Part shown: one piece after another, positions 30,399-38,874 of the stretch
How the letters are laid out: every line of letters begins with the position of its first letter
How positions within the stretch are numbered: the first letter of the stretch is position 1
DNA from: a virus
Virus record (IMG/VR): IMGVR_UViG_3300045971_000354
Location: 64,001 to 128,000 of that record
Length of the DNA stretch: 64,000 nucleotides
Direction: 5' to 3' (one strand)
Made by a program: the position numbers and the translations under genes
The notes under the pieces: model-generated
What the model was told of the DNA's origin: nothing
The model's database searches: none
The model's input: the letters and a program-made list of their open reading frames with translations, nothing else

Positions 30399-30754
30399 TT
30401 CTGACTATCTCCTGGAAGTACACGGTAATTGTCTTCGACACTATCCGGTGTGCTAACTTCAATTATAGTGCCTTTTTCAATACAAATCAACTGGTGTGGC
30501 TCTAGCGGCAAGTTACGCCAAACATCACCCTTTGATAAAACTGTTTCTTGCTGCGATGCATCTTTAGTAAGAATACTTACCACTATGAATTTTCCATCAA
30601 GCACATACCATGATTCATCTTTTTCAGCATGAAAATGCATACTGAATTTTGCACCAGCATTAAAATTCATTAGCTTACCACAATACTTGCTGTTAGTTGC
30701 CCAGATAAGTTCTGAACCCCATCCTTTTTCTACGCTTCCTGTGAGTCTTGTCAT
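30395..30754 (-). CDS. Cupin (mannose-6-phosphate isomerase-like)
   Basis: KGWG.E, SMHFH..KDESWYV..G, PHQL, EVST. Confidence 0.75.
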   Translation of the reverse strand: MTRLTGSVEKGWGSELIWATNSKYCGKLMNFNAGAKFSMHFHAEKDESWYVLDGKFIVVSILTKDASQQETVLSKGDVWRNLPLEPHQLICIEKGTIIEVSTPDSVEDNYRVLPGDSQK

Positions 30755-31293
30755 TTTAGCCACCAATTACTATATGGAAATTCTACTGATAAATCATCCT
30801 CTACGGTGTTGACCTCAACTCCGGTAAAATCCATTTTTACATTACATTTACTAGCAGTATTATCAACTACTACTGCAAACTTAACATTCTTATTCCATAC
30901 ATCCGCCCATCGAGAATGATTAGGTAAACACCCGCCTTGCCAATCTTCCACAAGCCAATTGAATGTTTCACCTGTTCTGTTAATATCATCAACTACAAGG
31001 ATATTTTTATTCAATTCGGGAAGTGTTCTAACGGTGTTAGTAGGCACTGGAAGTTCGTCACCTTCGTAAGGCAAGTACCCAAATGCATCTTCTGCAACCC
31101 ATAAATTACTCTCATCTTTGTTTAGAATTTGTAGAGGAACATTGAAGTACTGACTAATTAGTAGCGAGGGATATAATCCTCCGCCGTTAATTCCTACTAT
31201 GTAATCAGGCCTCCAACCACTGTTAGTAATCTCTCGGCAAATGCTTGAGATTATACTTTGATATTCTTGATGATTAAGAGTGAGCTTGTTCAT
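30751..31293 (-). CDS. Type I phosphoribosyltransferase (xanthine/guanine PRT-like)
   Basis: PDYIVGI.GGGL.P, PRPP-binding loop ILVVDDINRTGET, C-terminal FPY..WW. Confidence 0.85.
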   Translation of the reverse strand: MNKLTLNHQEYQSIISSICREITNSGWRPDYIVGINGGGLYPSLLISQYFNVPLQILNKDESNLWVAEDAFGYLPYEGDELPVPTNTVRTLPELNKNILVVDDINRTGETFNWLVEDWQGGCLPNHSRWADVWNKNVKFAVVVDNTASKCNVKMDFTGVEVNTVEDDLSVEFPYSNWWLK

Positions 31294-31747
31294 GTCGATC
31301 CTTTAAATATTTTTCGTGATTGATCCAGTTATTATTGACCAGGAATCCCCAATCTCGTTTATGTGGACCGGGCATAAACAACGTCCAGGCAACAACTCCT
31401 TCTTTTAGTTCAATACGGTGATAACTCTCGGGTTTACAAATACGAAAGTGTCCCGGACCTCGCCAGTGTTGAGTCTCTCCTACTTTTAATCCGTTTGCAA
31501 ATACAGGAGTCCATTCATAGTATCCGCCTTTAAGGATAAATGTAGCATATGGCCACGGATGATCATGCATATCATCTGGATCACCTTTAAGGAACTTATG
31601 TAAGAACACATTAAATGGAAACGCCTTTCGATCTTTAAGGAACAGATAATATCGTTCCAAGTAAGGCTTATTACAGACACGATCCATAATAGTGATCTTT
31701 CGACCTCTTTGATCCATCCAGTTTAAAAATTTGTTAGTAAGTGTCAT
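31274..31747 (-). CDS. Cupin-like protein (HDHPW family)
   Basis: YLERY..F.HKF..D....HDHPW...ILKGGY.E...HRIEL..WTLF..G...WGF. Confidence 0.7.
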   Translation of the reverse strand: MTLTNKFLNWMDQRGRKITIMDRVCNKPYLERYYLFLKDRKAFPFNVFLHKFLKGDPDDMHDHPWPYATFILKGGYYEWTPVFANGLKVGETQHWRGPGHFRICKPESYHRIELKEGVVAWTLFMPGPHKRDWGFLVNNNWINHEKYLKDRHEQAHS

Positions 31748-31916
31748 CTTGTGATTTGCAAAGTTCTAAAGTGTTTTTAAATTGATTCCACGCATTTTCT
31801 AAAGTTGGAAACTTTTTACAAAGCCTTCCGACTTGTAGTGGATCAGTTTTGTATTTGAGATAAATCTCATGTTGATCATCTGTCCAATCATCACTGTCCT
31901 TGTGTACTGTAATCAT
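31734..31916 (-). CDS. Hypothetical protein
   Basis: 60-aa ORF coupled to neighbours. Confidence 0.5.
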   Translation of the reverse strand: MITVHKDSDDWTDDQHEIYLKYKTDPLQVGRLCKKFPTLENAWNQFKNTLELCKSQDDTY

Positions 31917-32296
31917 GAAGCCTTCAACGCTTCGATTGTAATGATCTTAGAAATCTCAGTCCCAAGGTCCATGTCGTCATGTATAACATACAATCCAATA
32001 CCCGAGGTATCCTTGCGACGATTATACATTTGTGTTTCGATAATTGTACCGCCACGTGCTTTAATAACTTTAAATCGAATTGCTTGCTCAGACGCAATTT
32101 CGTCTGCTCGAGCAGGTTCTAGCTGTAGCCCTTGTACTTTATTCGCCCCACTTGTATTAGGATTAATATCGCTATTCAACCAGTTACGAACTCGTTGTTT
32201 AAATGTCATCGGTTTCTTTTCCGCGGTAATTGTATTATAATACTTTGGTTCGTATTCTGCTTTTGCAGAAGAAACTCCGATTAATTGTCCGTTCAT
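31913..32296 (-). CDS. Hypothetical protein
   Basis: ATGA overlap with folE stop. Confidence 0.65.
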   Translation of the reverse strand: MNGQLIGVSSAKAEYEPKYYNTITAEKKPMTFKQRVRNWLNSDINPNTSGANKVQGLQLEPARADEIASEQAIRFKVIKARGGTIIETQMYNRRKDTSGIGLYVIHDDMDLGTEISKIITIEALKAS

Positions 32297-32991
32297 CTTG
32301 GTGCCCATCCTTGTTGTAATGCAATGTTATCAAAAAACTCTTTCTTTACGCTAGCATCTTCTTTAAAAGCACCTTTAAGTACAGTTGTTTGTGTTAGCGA
32401 ACTATGCGCCATAATGCCCCTATTCTCGCAGCATCCATGTGTTGCTTGAATATAGACTGCTACGTTGTCGCTGCCAGTCGCTTTGCTAATCTCTCTAGCG
32501 ATATCATTACAGAGTTCCTCTTGTAAAGTACCACGGCGAGCACACCACTGAGCAATACGAGAATACTTGCTAAGACCAATGAGCTTTTGAGCGGCAATAA
32601 TACCAATATAAGCAACGCCGTTAACAGGCTGATGATGATGTGAACACATAGAACGGAGCTCACTACGTACAACCAACATACCTTCGTATCTATCTTGGCT
32701 ATCGTTTGGAAAAGCCGTTGCATCTGGTTCTCTTTCATATCGTCCACTCATTACCTCATTAAAGTACATTTTTGCAAGGCGTTTTGCTGTGCCTTTACTA
32801 TTAGGATCGGTTTCACGATCGATCAGAAGTGCATCGAGTACACTTTCAAATGCTGTAGTTGCTTCTCCGATTAATCTGGCTTTATCCATTTCTGAAACAT
32901 ATTCAGAAATATTATCGCCTGCCCAGAATCGCTTATTCTGCGAACGCATGTGATCGCGAATTACCTGTGAAAGGTTTTTACTATTTTCCAA
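32293..32991 (-). CDS. folE: GTP cyclohydrolase I
   Basis: T.KR.AKMY, SMCSHH, IGLSK..R, QE, H.C...RG motifs; TTG start with GGAGA SD. Confidence 0.93.
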   Translation of the reverse strand: MENSKNLSQVIRDHMRSQNKRFWAGDNISEYVSEMDKARLIGEATTAFESVLDALLIDRETDPNSKGTAKRLAKMYFNEVMSGRYEREPDATAFPNDSQDRYEGMLVVRSELRSMCSHHHQPVNGVAYIGIIAAQKLIGLSKYSRIAQWCARRGTLQEELCNDIAREISKATGSDNVAVYIQATHGCCENRGIMAHSSLTQTTVLKGAFKEDASVKKEFFDNIALQQGWAPR

Positions 32992-33035
32992 TTTTATTAT
33001 TCTCCGATGTTAAGCCAGTGGATTGGCATATAGCT

Positions 33036-33064
33036 AGTATACAGATTTATTTAGGATCTTGCAA
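33036..33064 (-). promoter_or_regulatory. sigma70 promoter TTGCAA-17-TATACT with TAAATA in the spacer
   Basis: Read directly upstream of folE. Confidence 0.6.
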
Positions 33065-33850
33065 CCTTAGCAACGTATTTTTCTTTACTGCGGCATCCAC
33101 TATATTCATATTCAATTCTAGATCTGCTGCAAATTTTAACAATGCAGAAGTATCTTTCGGGAAGCATGCTCCACCGAATCCATATGCTCCGTCCGGCCCC
33201 GGAACTTGCATATGACTCTTACCAATTCTAGGATCTGCTTTTACTAGTTCGGCAACCAATTTGTAATTACAATCTAATGAATTTGCCAACGCTTCTATTT
33301 CGTTCATAAACACAACCTTGGTTGCCATGAACGAATTAATTGTGTACTTTGCTAGAGATGCTTCCGCAATTGAGCAATACCGAATTGATTTTAAACTTGG
33401 CTGACTAATTTTTATTACTCGCTCTGCTTCGCGCATATACGCACTAACATTTCCACCGATGAATGCAAATTCTCCGTTGGCATAATCTTGCACTGCATTT
33501 GCCGCAGTTAAAAACTCTGGTGCATGCACTAAGTTAGGAAACCGTTCTTGTAATTTAGAATAGGTAGCCGGCGGCGCCGTGCACTTACTAATAATTACTC
33601 CTCGGTACTTTACATCATTTAGCTCTGCTAATACACTTTCCAATGGACCAGTATCGCATGTTCCGTCTGTACTTTGCGGAGTAGGAACAGATATAAAAAT
33701 TGCAGAGCAATCCTTTAGTTCTTCGTATGTTGCGTTTAATCCTTTATATGGATCACGCAAAACAACAGGCATCGTTATAGAATCAAATGACTGCTTAATT
33801 GCCCCGCCTACAAACCCTAATCCAATGATACCGATCTTTTCATTATACAT
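33047..33850 (-). CDS. UDP-glucose/GDP-mannose dehydrogenase family (short form)
   Basis: Rossmann GIIGLGFVG, FISVPTP, PEFL, K...N...ATKV.F.NE, GFGGACFPKD (catalytic Cys). Confidence 0.9.
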   Translation of the reverse strand: MYNEKIGIIGLGFVGGAIKQSFDSITMPVVLRDPYKGLNATYEELKDCSAIFISVPTPQSTDGTCDTGPLESVLAELNDVKYRGVIISKCTAPPATYSKLQERFPNLVHAPEFLTAANAVQDYANGEFAFIGGNVSAYMREAERVIKISQPSLKSIRYCSIAEASLAKYTINSFMATKVVFMNEIEALANSLDCNYKLVAELVKADPRIGKSHMQVPGPDGAYGFGGACFPKDTSALLKFAADLELNMNIVDAAVKKNTLLRLQDPK

Positions 33851-34926
33851 TATGTTATATTTCCTAAAAGTACATCTGCGTTAAAGAAATATTTAGACAA
33901 ATCTTCAGTTTGTTTTCGCAATTGTGGCAGACGTTTTATGTAATGCGTCATGGTAACAATAATGTGGTGACACAACTCTTGTCTATGTACTGTATAGCTA
34001 TCCCAATCTTTGGTCCATTCACTTGGATATTTAAATCCTTCGTGATACATTTCGGAATATGAAAGGCGATCTGGTACCATAGGTATAGCATCAACTAACG
34101 CCCCTTCGTAACATCCGATACCTAGTGTTTCTTGTAGACTTGCGCTAAACACAATCTTCGATTGACCTAGCAATGTATGATATTCTTCTTTGCTAAGTTC
34201 CTGATCTTGACAAACAATAAACTCGTACTGTGGTAATAATGTTGCAAGATCTCTAAAAATTTCAACCTGCTTTTCGGGCGCAATACGATGCGGAAACAAA
34301 ATAAGATCATGCTTTGATAAAGTTTTATATGGAGTAAGAGTTTCTTCCATATACTCCATTGGCCAACCAGTTTGCACAATTTTTTTATCGTATTCTGGTT
34401 TCCACCCTGTGATACGAGTCTTGCCATCTTGTAATAAATTATTTACAAACATTTCAATATGAAACTTAGTTGCAAAGTAGTTGAAATCTATTGCATGATA
34501 CAACGCTTTTTCGGTATGCCTAACCCAAGGAGCATTTCCAATCAATCGACCTAAAAAGTCTTGAGGATCATAACTGCCGGCGTGCCATAGTGCATGAATA
34601 GTAATTGGGATTTCCAATAACTCACTCATATACTTTAGGTTAATTATACCAGGATGCCATGCGTCAGTAAAAATAAAGTGGTCGCCCCCACGAATGGATC
34701 CGTCGCAAAACATACGGCCCATTTGCTCAACCTGGTTAGACTTATATACATTAGTCCCACCAAAATTGAGAAAAGCACCAGGAGTGGTAGCAGCAGGAAT
34801 ATCAGTAGGACCGGAAATAATTTGAACATTGAAGCCAGCCTTCTTAAAGAGAGCAGGTACACGAGACTTCCATTGTCCTGTGTACCTGGTACTCACCGCC
34901 TCTATATCGACGATGAAAATTGTCAT
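33850..34926 (-). CDS. GT-B fold glycosyltransferase
   Basis: FPHRIAPEKQ, SASLQETLGI...EG...P..LSY.E resembles the GT-B EX7E-type donor-binding region. Confidence 0.7.
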   Translation of the reverse strand: MTIFIVDIEAVSTRYTGQWKSRVPALFKKAGFNVQIISGPTDIPAATTPGAFLNFGGTNVYKSNQVEQMGRMFCDGSIRGGDHFIFTDAWHPGIINLKYMSELLEIPITIHALWHAGSYDPQDFLGRLIGNAPWVRHTEKALYHAIDFNYFATKFHIEMFVNNLLQDGKTRITGWKPEYDKKIVQTGWPMEYMEETLTPYKTLSKHDLILFPHRIAPEKQVEIFRDLATLLPQYEFIVCQDQELSKEEYHTLLGQSKIVFSASLQETLGIGCYEGALVDAIPMVPDRLSYSEMYHEGFKYPSEWTKDWDSYTVHRQELCHHIIVTMTHYIKRLPQLRKQTEDLSKYFFNADVLLGNIT

Positions 34927-35147
34927 TAGGACTCCTGGCGTTCCTTAGACTCGCGACGGGCCTTACGTTGCAAGAACTCTTGCGTCCGTTGCCAATCCTT
35001 ATACGCCTTGGATCGATACAGATCCGCCTGATCGAAAGCGATCATTTCAAACCGGCAATGATCATGCCACACATCAAGATCAGCAAAGATCTTGCTTACT
35101 TCTGGCTTCATAGTCAGATACTTACCGAGCCACTTTGGTGCTGCCAT
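34926..35147 (-). CDS. Hypothetical protein
   Basis: 73-aa ORF with AGGA SD, coupled to the GT gene. Confidence 0.6.
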   Translation of the reverse strand: MAAPKWLGKYLTMKPEVSKIFADLDVWHDHCRFEMIAFDQADLYRSKAYKDWQRTQEFLQRKARRESKERQES

Positions 35148-35162
35148 TTTTGTTTCCTATTA

Positions 35163-35543
35163 TTAAAAAGGATTATTAGAAAATTGAAGATATGCGCCAT
35201 TCTCGCCATCTTCGCTCACGTCAACCCAAACCTCACGATTTGGGTATCTTGCATTGATTGTTGTGTTTAGATCACGTGCAATCATTTCGCAGGATTTGAA
35301 ATCTAGCTCGAGTGTGCCGTCATTGTAGCAATTCTCAAGCCAGCGTTTAAATTGGATGAATTCAATATCTCGGTCGTCGTGTGTTACTGCAATCCAGACT
35401 TTGAAGTGAAAAATATGTCGATGCGGGAATCCCAGGAAGCTTACATCGGCAAGATTAATTGCGTCGGCCGCAGCAGGGTAACAGTGTATGCCTTCCTTAC
35501 GAAAGGTTACCCAAATCATTGATAGTTTATCGTTTGGTCTCAT
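35163..35543 (-). CDS. QueD-like T-fold protein with LxxxHRHxF motif (DpdL-like)
   Basis: EGIH.YP, LGFPHRHIF, DRDIEF, SCEM, SEDGENGA; lacks the QueD CxxxHGH motif. Confidence 0.7.
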   Translation of the reverse strand: MRPNDKLSMIWVTFRKEGIHCYPAAADAINLADVSFLGFPHRHIFHFKVWIAVTHDDRDIEFIQFKRWLENCYNDGTLELDFKSCEMIARDLNTTINARYPNREVWVDVSEDGENGAYLQFSNNPF

Positions 35544-36070
35544 TTGATGATCTTGTCGTTAGAGTATTGATCCCAAGATGTAAACTTACTACGATCTTTA
35601 AGATCGTGCAAGCTGTGTGACCATACACCTGGGTTAGTTGCTTTGAAATCCTTGTCATCAATTTTAATCATTGTGTTGTAGTTCCACAATTTGATGTAAG
35701 GAATAGGAACACGAATTTGCGGAATAAAATTATCAAATTCGTTCAAGCCGTTATCGTTAAATTCTTCTACCAGATGTAGAGGAATGTCGAGACTACACAG
35801 ATATCCCTTCTTAAGGAAATCAATTATCATGTTTTCCCAAGATTCCCAGGATTCAATATCAGTAGTATCAAAGTTGAAGCTATGATTTGCGCCAAAAAAG
35901 ATATGCTTAATAGCAACTCCGCACATAGTGAGCTTCATTGCAATATCTGTAATAGGTTGCACACCAGTTACAAACAATGTATCCATACCGTGTGCAGGGG
36001 TATGTTCCACCTCTACTCCAGTGAAGAATACAATGTTCTCTGCTTTGCCTTCTGTATAATCTCGTTTCAT
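35540..36070 (-). CDS. Hypothetical protein of the deazaguanine cluster
   Basis: 176 aa, G.EVEHTP.....TLFV.G, FFGANHSF, KIDD.DF.ATNPGVW. Confidence 0.7.
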   Translation of the reverse strand: MKRDYTEGKAENIVFFTGVEVEHTPAHGMDTLFVTGVQPITDIAMKLTMCGVAIKHIFFGANHSFNFDTTDIESWESWENMIIDFLKKGYLCSLDIPLHLVEEFNDNGLNEFDNFIPQIRVPIPYIKLWNYNTMIKIDDKDFKATNPGVWSHSLHDLKDRSKFTSWDQYSNDKIIK

Positions 36071-36076
36071 GCTACT

Positions 36077-36105
36077 AGTATAGTATATTTTACGTTATTT
36101 GTCAA
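36077..36105 (-). promoter_or_regulatory. sigma70 promoter TTGACA-17-TATACT, 6 nt before ATG (leaderless)
   Basis: TTGACA aataacgtaaaatatac TATACT agtagc ATG. Confidence 0.75.
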
Positions 36106-37741
36106 GCAAATCTACAAGATTTTGCAGCTTTTCATCTTCGGGGTCTTCCAAATCAACTTCATTAGATTTGGTAACATTTTCTACTTCGAACAAATTCATA
36201 AACTCGTTTTCAGCATTTCCGCCCTGCATTCTAGAACCTTCAAGTGCTTTTAAGAAAGGCGTTGCTTGATCGATTAGTGCAAACGCATCTGCTTTAGTTG
36301 TAGTATTAAATAATTCTTCAATAAAGCGGTCGAAATACAAAATGTTTCGTGGAACCCAATCGCTATATTCATCACTAGCCGCATCTTTACTTCCTAATTT
36401 ATTCCAATGTTTCCATTTAATAGTATCACGAGTTTTTGCAATTTCGATATCCATTAATTGTTGAGCACGTTGAACAGCTTTAATATGGCATTCGACATTA
36501 TGCCCCATCATCAATGCATACGCAAAGCTATCCCAGGAAGTCTTATTAGGAATCTTATTAAGTTTATTAAGCTTTGGCGGAACATGATAGTGCGATACAT
36601 TTAAGTGATCAAACTTGACAAGTTTCCCGTCTTTGCCTGTTAATTCGGCATCTGTTTTGCGTTCGCCTAAATCGTAGTAGCAAATATCGCCTACGGTTAA
36701 CCGACGTCCAGTCTCGCTTTCAAACGGGAACGGTATGTCGGAACCGGAAAGGGCTTTGTTGTCGAATCCTTTGTCCATAATAACGCTCCAACGCTTTGTA
36801 GTGTGTTGCGCGTTTGTGTAGACAAGTCCGTGCGCCGTTGCGATGAATGGGGATGCGCAGTCAAAAGAGATGGTAAGTTCTTCATTGATATGTTTCCTGA
36901 TTTGTCTTTGAATTAAGGTTAAGTAACAACTCCAATCTAATTGAGCAGTGCCCAAGAAGTGGATCCAATTTTTGCCTTTCAGCAAACCATCTTCACGCAA
37001 GGTCATAAGACGCTTTAACGTAATATCCATTTTGCACATGTTGGCGCCTCCGAATGCCCAACCTTCGGCAGCTTTATCGCCCCAAACCGCAGGATCACTA
37101 AACTCTTTAACGCCATTGTACCAATCTTCTGCAGACTGCCAGTCCCATCCTTGCAACACGTTAAGGAACTTTGTTTGTCCTAGCCGGTTCTTTAGGAAAT
37201 ACTCGTTGTTAAACTTTGTCTTATCCAAACAGTCTTGGACCGACTTTAGTCCAGTCTTCGGACTGTGATTGTGATCACACGCCCAGGTTGGGACGTCAAG
37301 CATCATTGACCAATCTGCTGTTAGCTCAAGCCAATTTAGAATGTCGTCGCGGGTTTTGTTTGCCTTAACTCCTTCGAAGTCTAGCCAATCAAATTTTAGA
37401 ACGCCTTTACCAATTTGGTATCCGCCGGAGTCTCCGAGAATCATAGTGTTCCCACGATCACGTTGTTGGATCATTGACTCCTGCGTCATACTCTTTGTAA
37501 GATCTAACTGTGCGTGGCCCGCAGAGTAAAGACCATATTTGTATGTGAAATATCCCTGTTCAGGATTTAAGAAGTTCATACCTTCGATTCCGCGATCAAA
37601 GCCGGCGGGAATACGATTTTTTGGAACAAACTCTTCTAGTCGCTGTTTAGCAACATAGGTACTATAGAAGCTAGAGATTGCTGGAAGAAATACTGCGTAA
37701 TCTCTCTGTAGAGGGGTTAAATTAACTGGTGGATTTGTCAT
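36095..37741 (-). CDS. TGT-fold guanine transglycosylase-like protein (DpdA-like)
   Basis: GDSGGYQ, MLDVP, LNVLQG, HFLG, SFDCASP correspond to TGT/DpdA core motifs; lies with folE/queE. Confidence 0.75.
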   Translation of the reverse strand: MTNPPVNLTPLQRDYAVFLPAISSFYSTYVAKQRLEEFVPKNRIPAGFDRGIEGMNFLNPEQGYFTYKYGLYSAGHAQLDLTKSMTQESMIQQRDRGNTMILGDSGGYQIGKGVLKFDWLDFEGVKANKTRDDILNWLELTADWSMMLDVPTWACDHNHSPKTGLKSVQDCLDKTKFNNEYFLKNRLGQTKFLNVLQGWDWQSAEDWYNGVKEFSDPAVWGDKAAEGWAFGGANMCKMDITLKRLMTLREDGLLKGKNWIHFLGTAQLDWSCYLTLIQRQIRKHINEELTISFDCASPFIATAHGLVYTNAQHTTKRWSVIMDKGFDNKALSGSDIPFPFESETGRRLTVGDICYYDLGERKTDAELTGKDGKLVKFDHLNVSHYHVPPKLNKLNKIPNKTSWDSFAYALMMGHNVECHIKAVQRAQQLMDIEIAKTRDTIKWKHWNKLGSKDAASDEYSDWVPRNILYFDRFIEELFNTTTKADAFALIDQATPFLKALEGSRMQGGNAENEFMNLFEVENVTKSNEVDLEDPEDEKLQNLVDLLDK

Positions 37742-38087
37742 GTTCTGTACTTAATATAATTGTAGCATCTAATTGCAGTTTTGCCTTTTCTAAATTCTCC
37801 ACCGCAATCTTTACAGCAGGATGTGTATCAGCCAATGTTTTTAGATTTGCTTCTTCGATCATTTTTTTCATGGCCCAATCGAGCGCCGCTTCTGAAGAAG
37901 GCACTATACCAATTGATCCAAGGGATCCGTTGACTGTTACCCATGACGCACCGTCGTACACCTCGAAGTTGTTATTTCTATAACGCACTAATCCAGCACT
38001 CGGCGCACCGTCGTTAATCCATATACTAGTAGGACCACCGCCTGACACATTAAGATGCTTACTTGTACTTGTTAATGCAGTTATCAT
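37722..38087 (-). CDS. Hypothetical protein
   Basis: 121-aa ORF coupled to the clamp gene. Confidence 0.6.
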   Translation of the reverse strand: MITALTSTSKHLNVSGGGPTSIWINDGAPSAGLVRYRNNNFEVYDGASWVTVNGSLGSIGIVPSSEAALDWAMKKMIEEANLKTLADTHPAVKIAVENLEKAKLQLDATIILSTEHDKSTS

Positions 38088-38821
38088 TATGCTTGTGCTG
38101 GAATGATGTATTTGTAAGTAGCAATACCACTATCGAGTTCGATTTGCATTGCACCGTCATTACTAATGCTAAACTTAGTATTATTGGCATCTGCAATCTT
38201 TAAAATGCTCAATACCTGGCTCACTGGCCATGTCCACGCCTTATTAAGCTTTCCTGTAACATCAGTTGCAAATACAAATTCGCCACCGTGTGTACTTTGA
38301 TCACCAAAGATAAACTTTAGATTCCCATCTTCAACCTTAGTTAAGAATGTTGCGTGTTCGCTGTTCGCCGCCGCTTGAAAGTTGAACCGCTGAATAGCGG
38401 AAACTGTCGGGTTAACTTCAACGTGCCAATTCACTCCACGGAACTTAACAGTCTTCAACTTCTCGTTAATAATTTCAGTGTTCATGAAACGATAGTCGTT
38501 CTTGAAGTCACCTGCCTTGTTTTCAAAGTGCAACCCTACCGGAATCGTATCACCGTTGCGATCTGCACTAACAATTTCAATTGTTGCATCTTCGCGATAT
38601 TCTGGACAGTCTAAATGAATCTTCAACTTATTAAGTTGTGGCATACCAAATACGCCCTTCATTTCTAGTTGTGGTTTATTGACCTCGCCATACATAATAA
38701 CACTACGGTCATCTGCCATGGAGTCGATTTTTGTGGACTTGTCTTCACCTGTAATCTTAACGATGTTAAGAAAGCCTAGATTGTGTGTATGTCCAACGAT
38801 GTCTTTAAGTAAGTCTTGCAT
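38087..38821 (-). CDS. Sliding clamp (gp45/PCNA-like)
   Basis: 244 aa, two-domain beta/alpha pattern ending YKYIIPAQ, directly downstream of PolB; clamp loader also present. Confidence 0.65.
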   Translation of the reverse strand: MQDLLKDIVGHTHNLGFLNIVKITGEDKSTKIDSMADDRSVIMYGEVNKPQLEMKGVFGMPQLNKLKIHLDCPEYREDATIEIVSADRNGDTIPVGLHFENKAGDFKNDYRFMNTEIINEKLKTVKFRGVNWHVEVNPTVSAIQRFNFQAAANSEHATFLTKVEDGNLKFIFGDQSTHGGEFVFATDVTGKLNKAWTWPVSQVLSILKIADANNTKFSISNDGAMQIELDSGIATYKYIIPAQA

Positions 38822-38838
38822 AATTTGTTCCTTTATTA

Positions 38839-38867
38839 AGTATATTTAGATCTGCGAGTAATGTCAA
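38839..38867 (-). promoter_or_regulatory. sigma70 promoter TTGACA-17-TATACT overlapping late TAAATA
   Basis: TTGACA ttactcgcagatctaaa TATACT. Confidence 0.75.
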
Positions 38868-38874
38868 ATTTATT

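Noticed and set aside
33005-33035. Small GCCA-ATCCAC-TGGC hairpin in the folE leader as a preQ1 riboswitch
   Set aside because: 4-bp stem and 6-nt loop without the preQ1-I loop and A-rich tail pattern; too little to support, though conservation could be checked
34920-35270. 116-aa plus-strand ORF in the modification cluster
   Set aside because: Overlaps two coupled minus-strand genes and has no expression signals
36095-37741. Annotating the TGT-fold gene as queuine tRNA-ribosyltransferase (tgt)
   Set aside because: Much longer and divergent, lacks the CxCxxC zinc site, and sits beside the replisome; a DNA-directed role is more plausible but unproven
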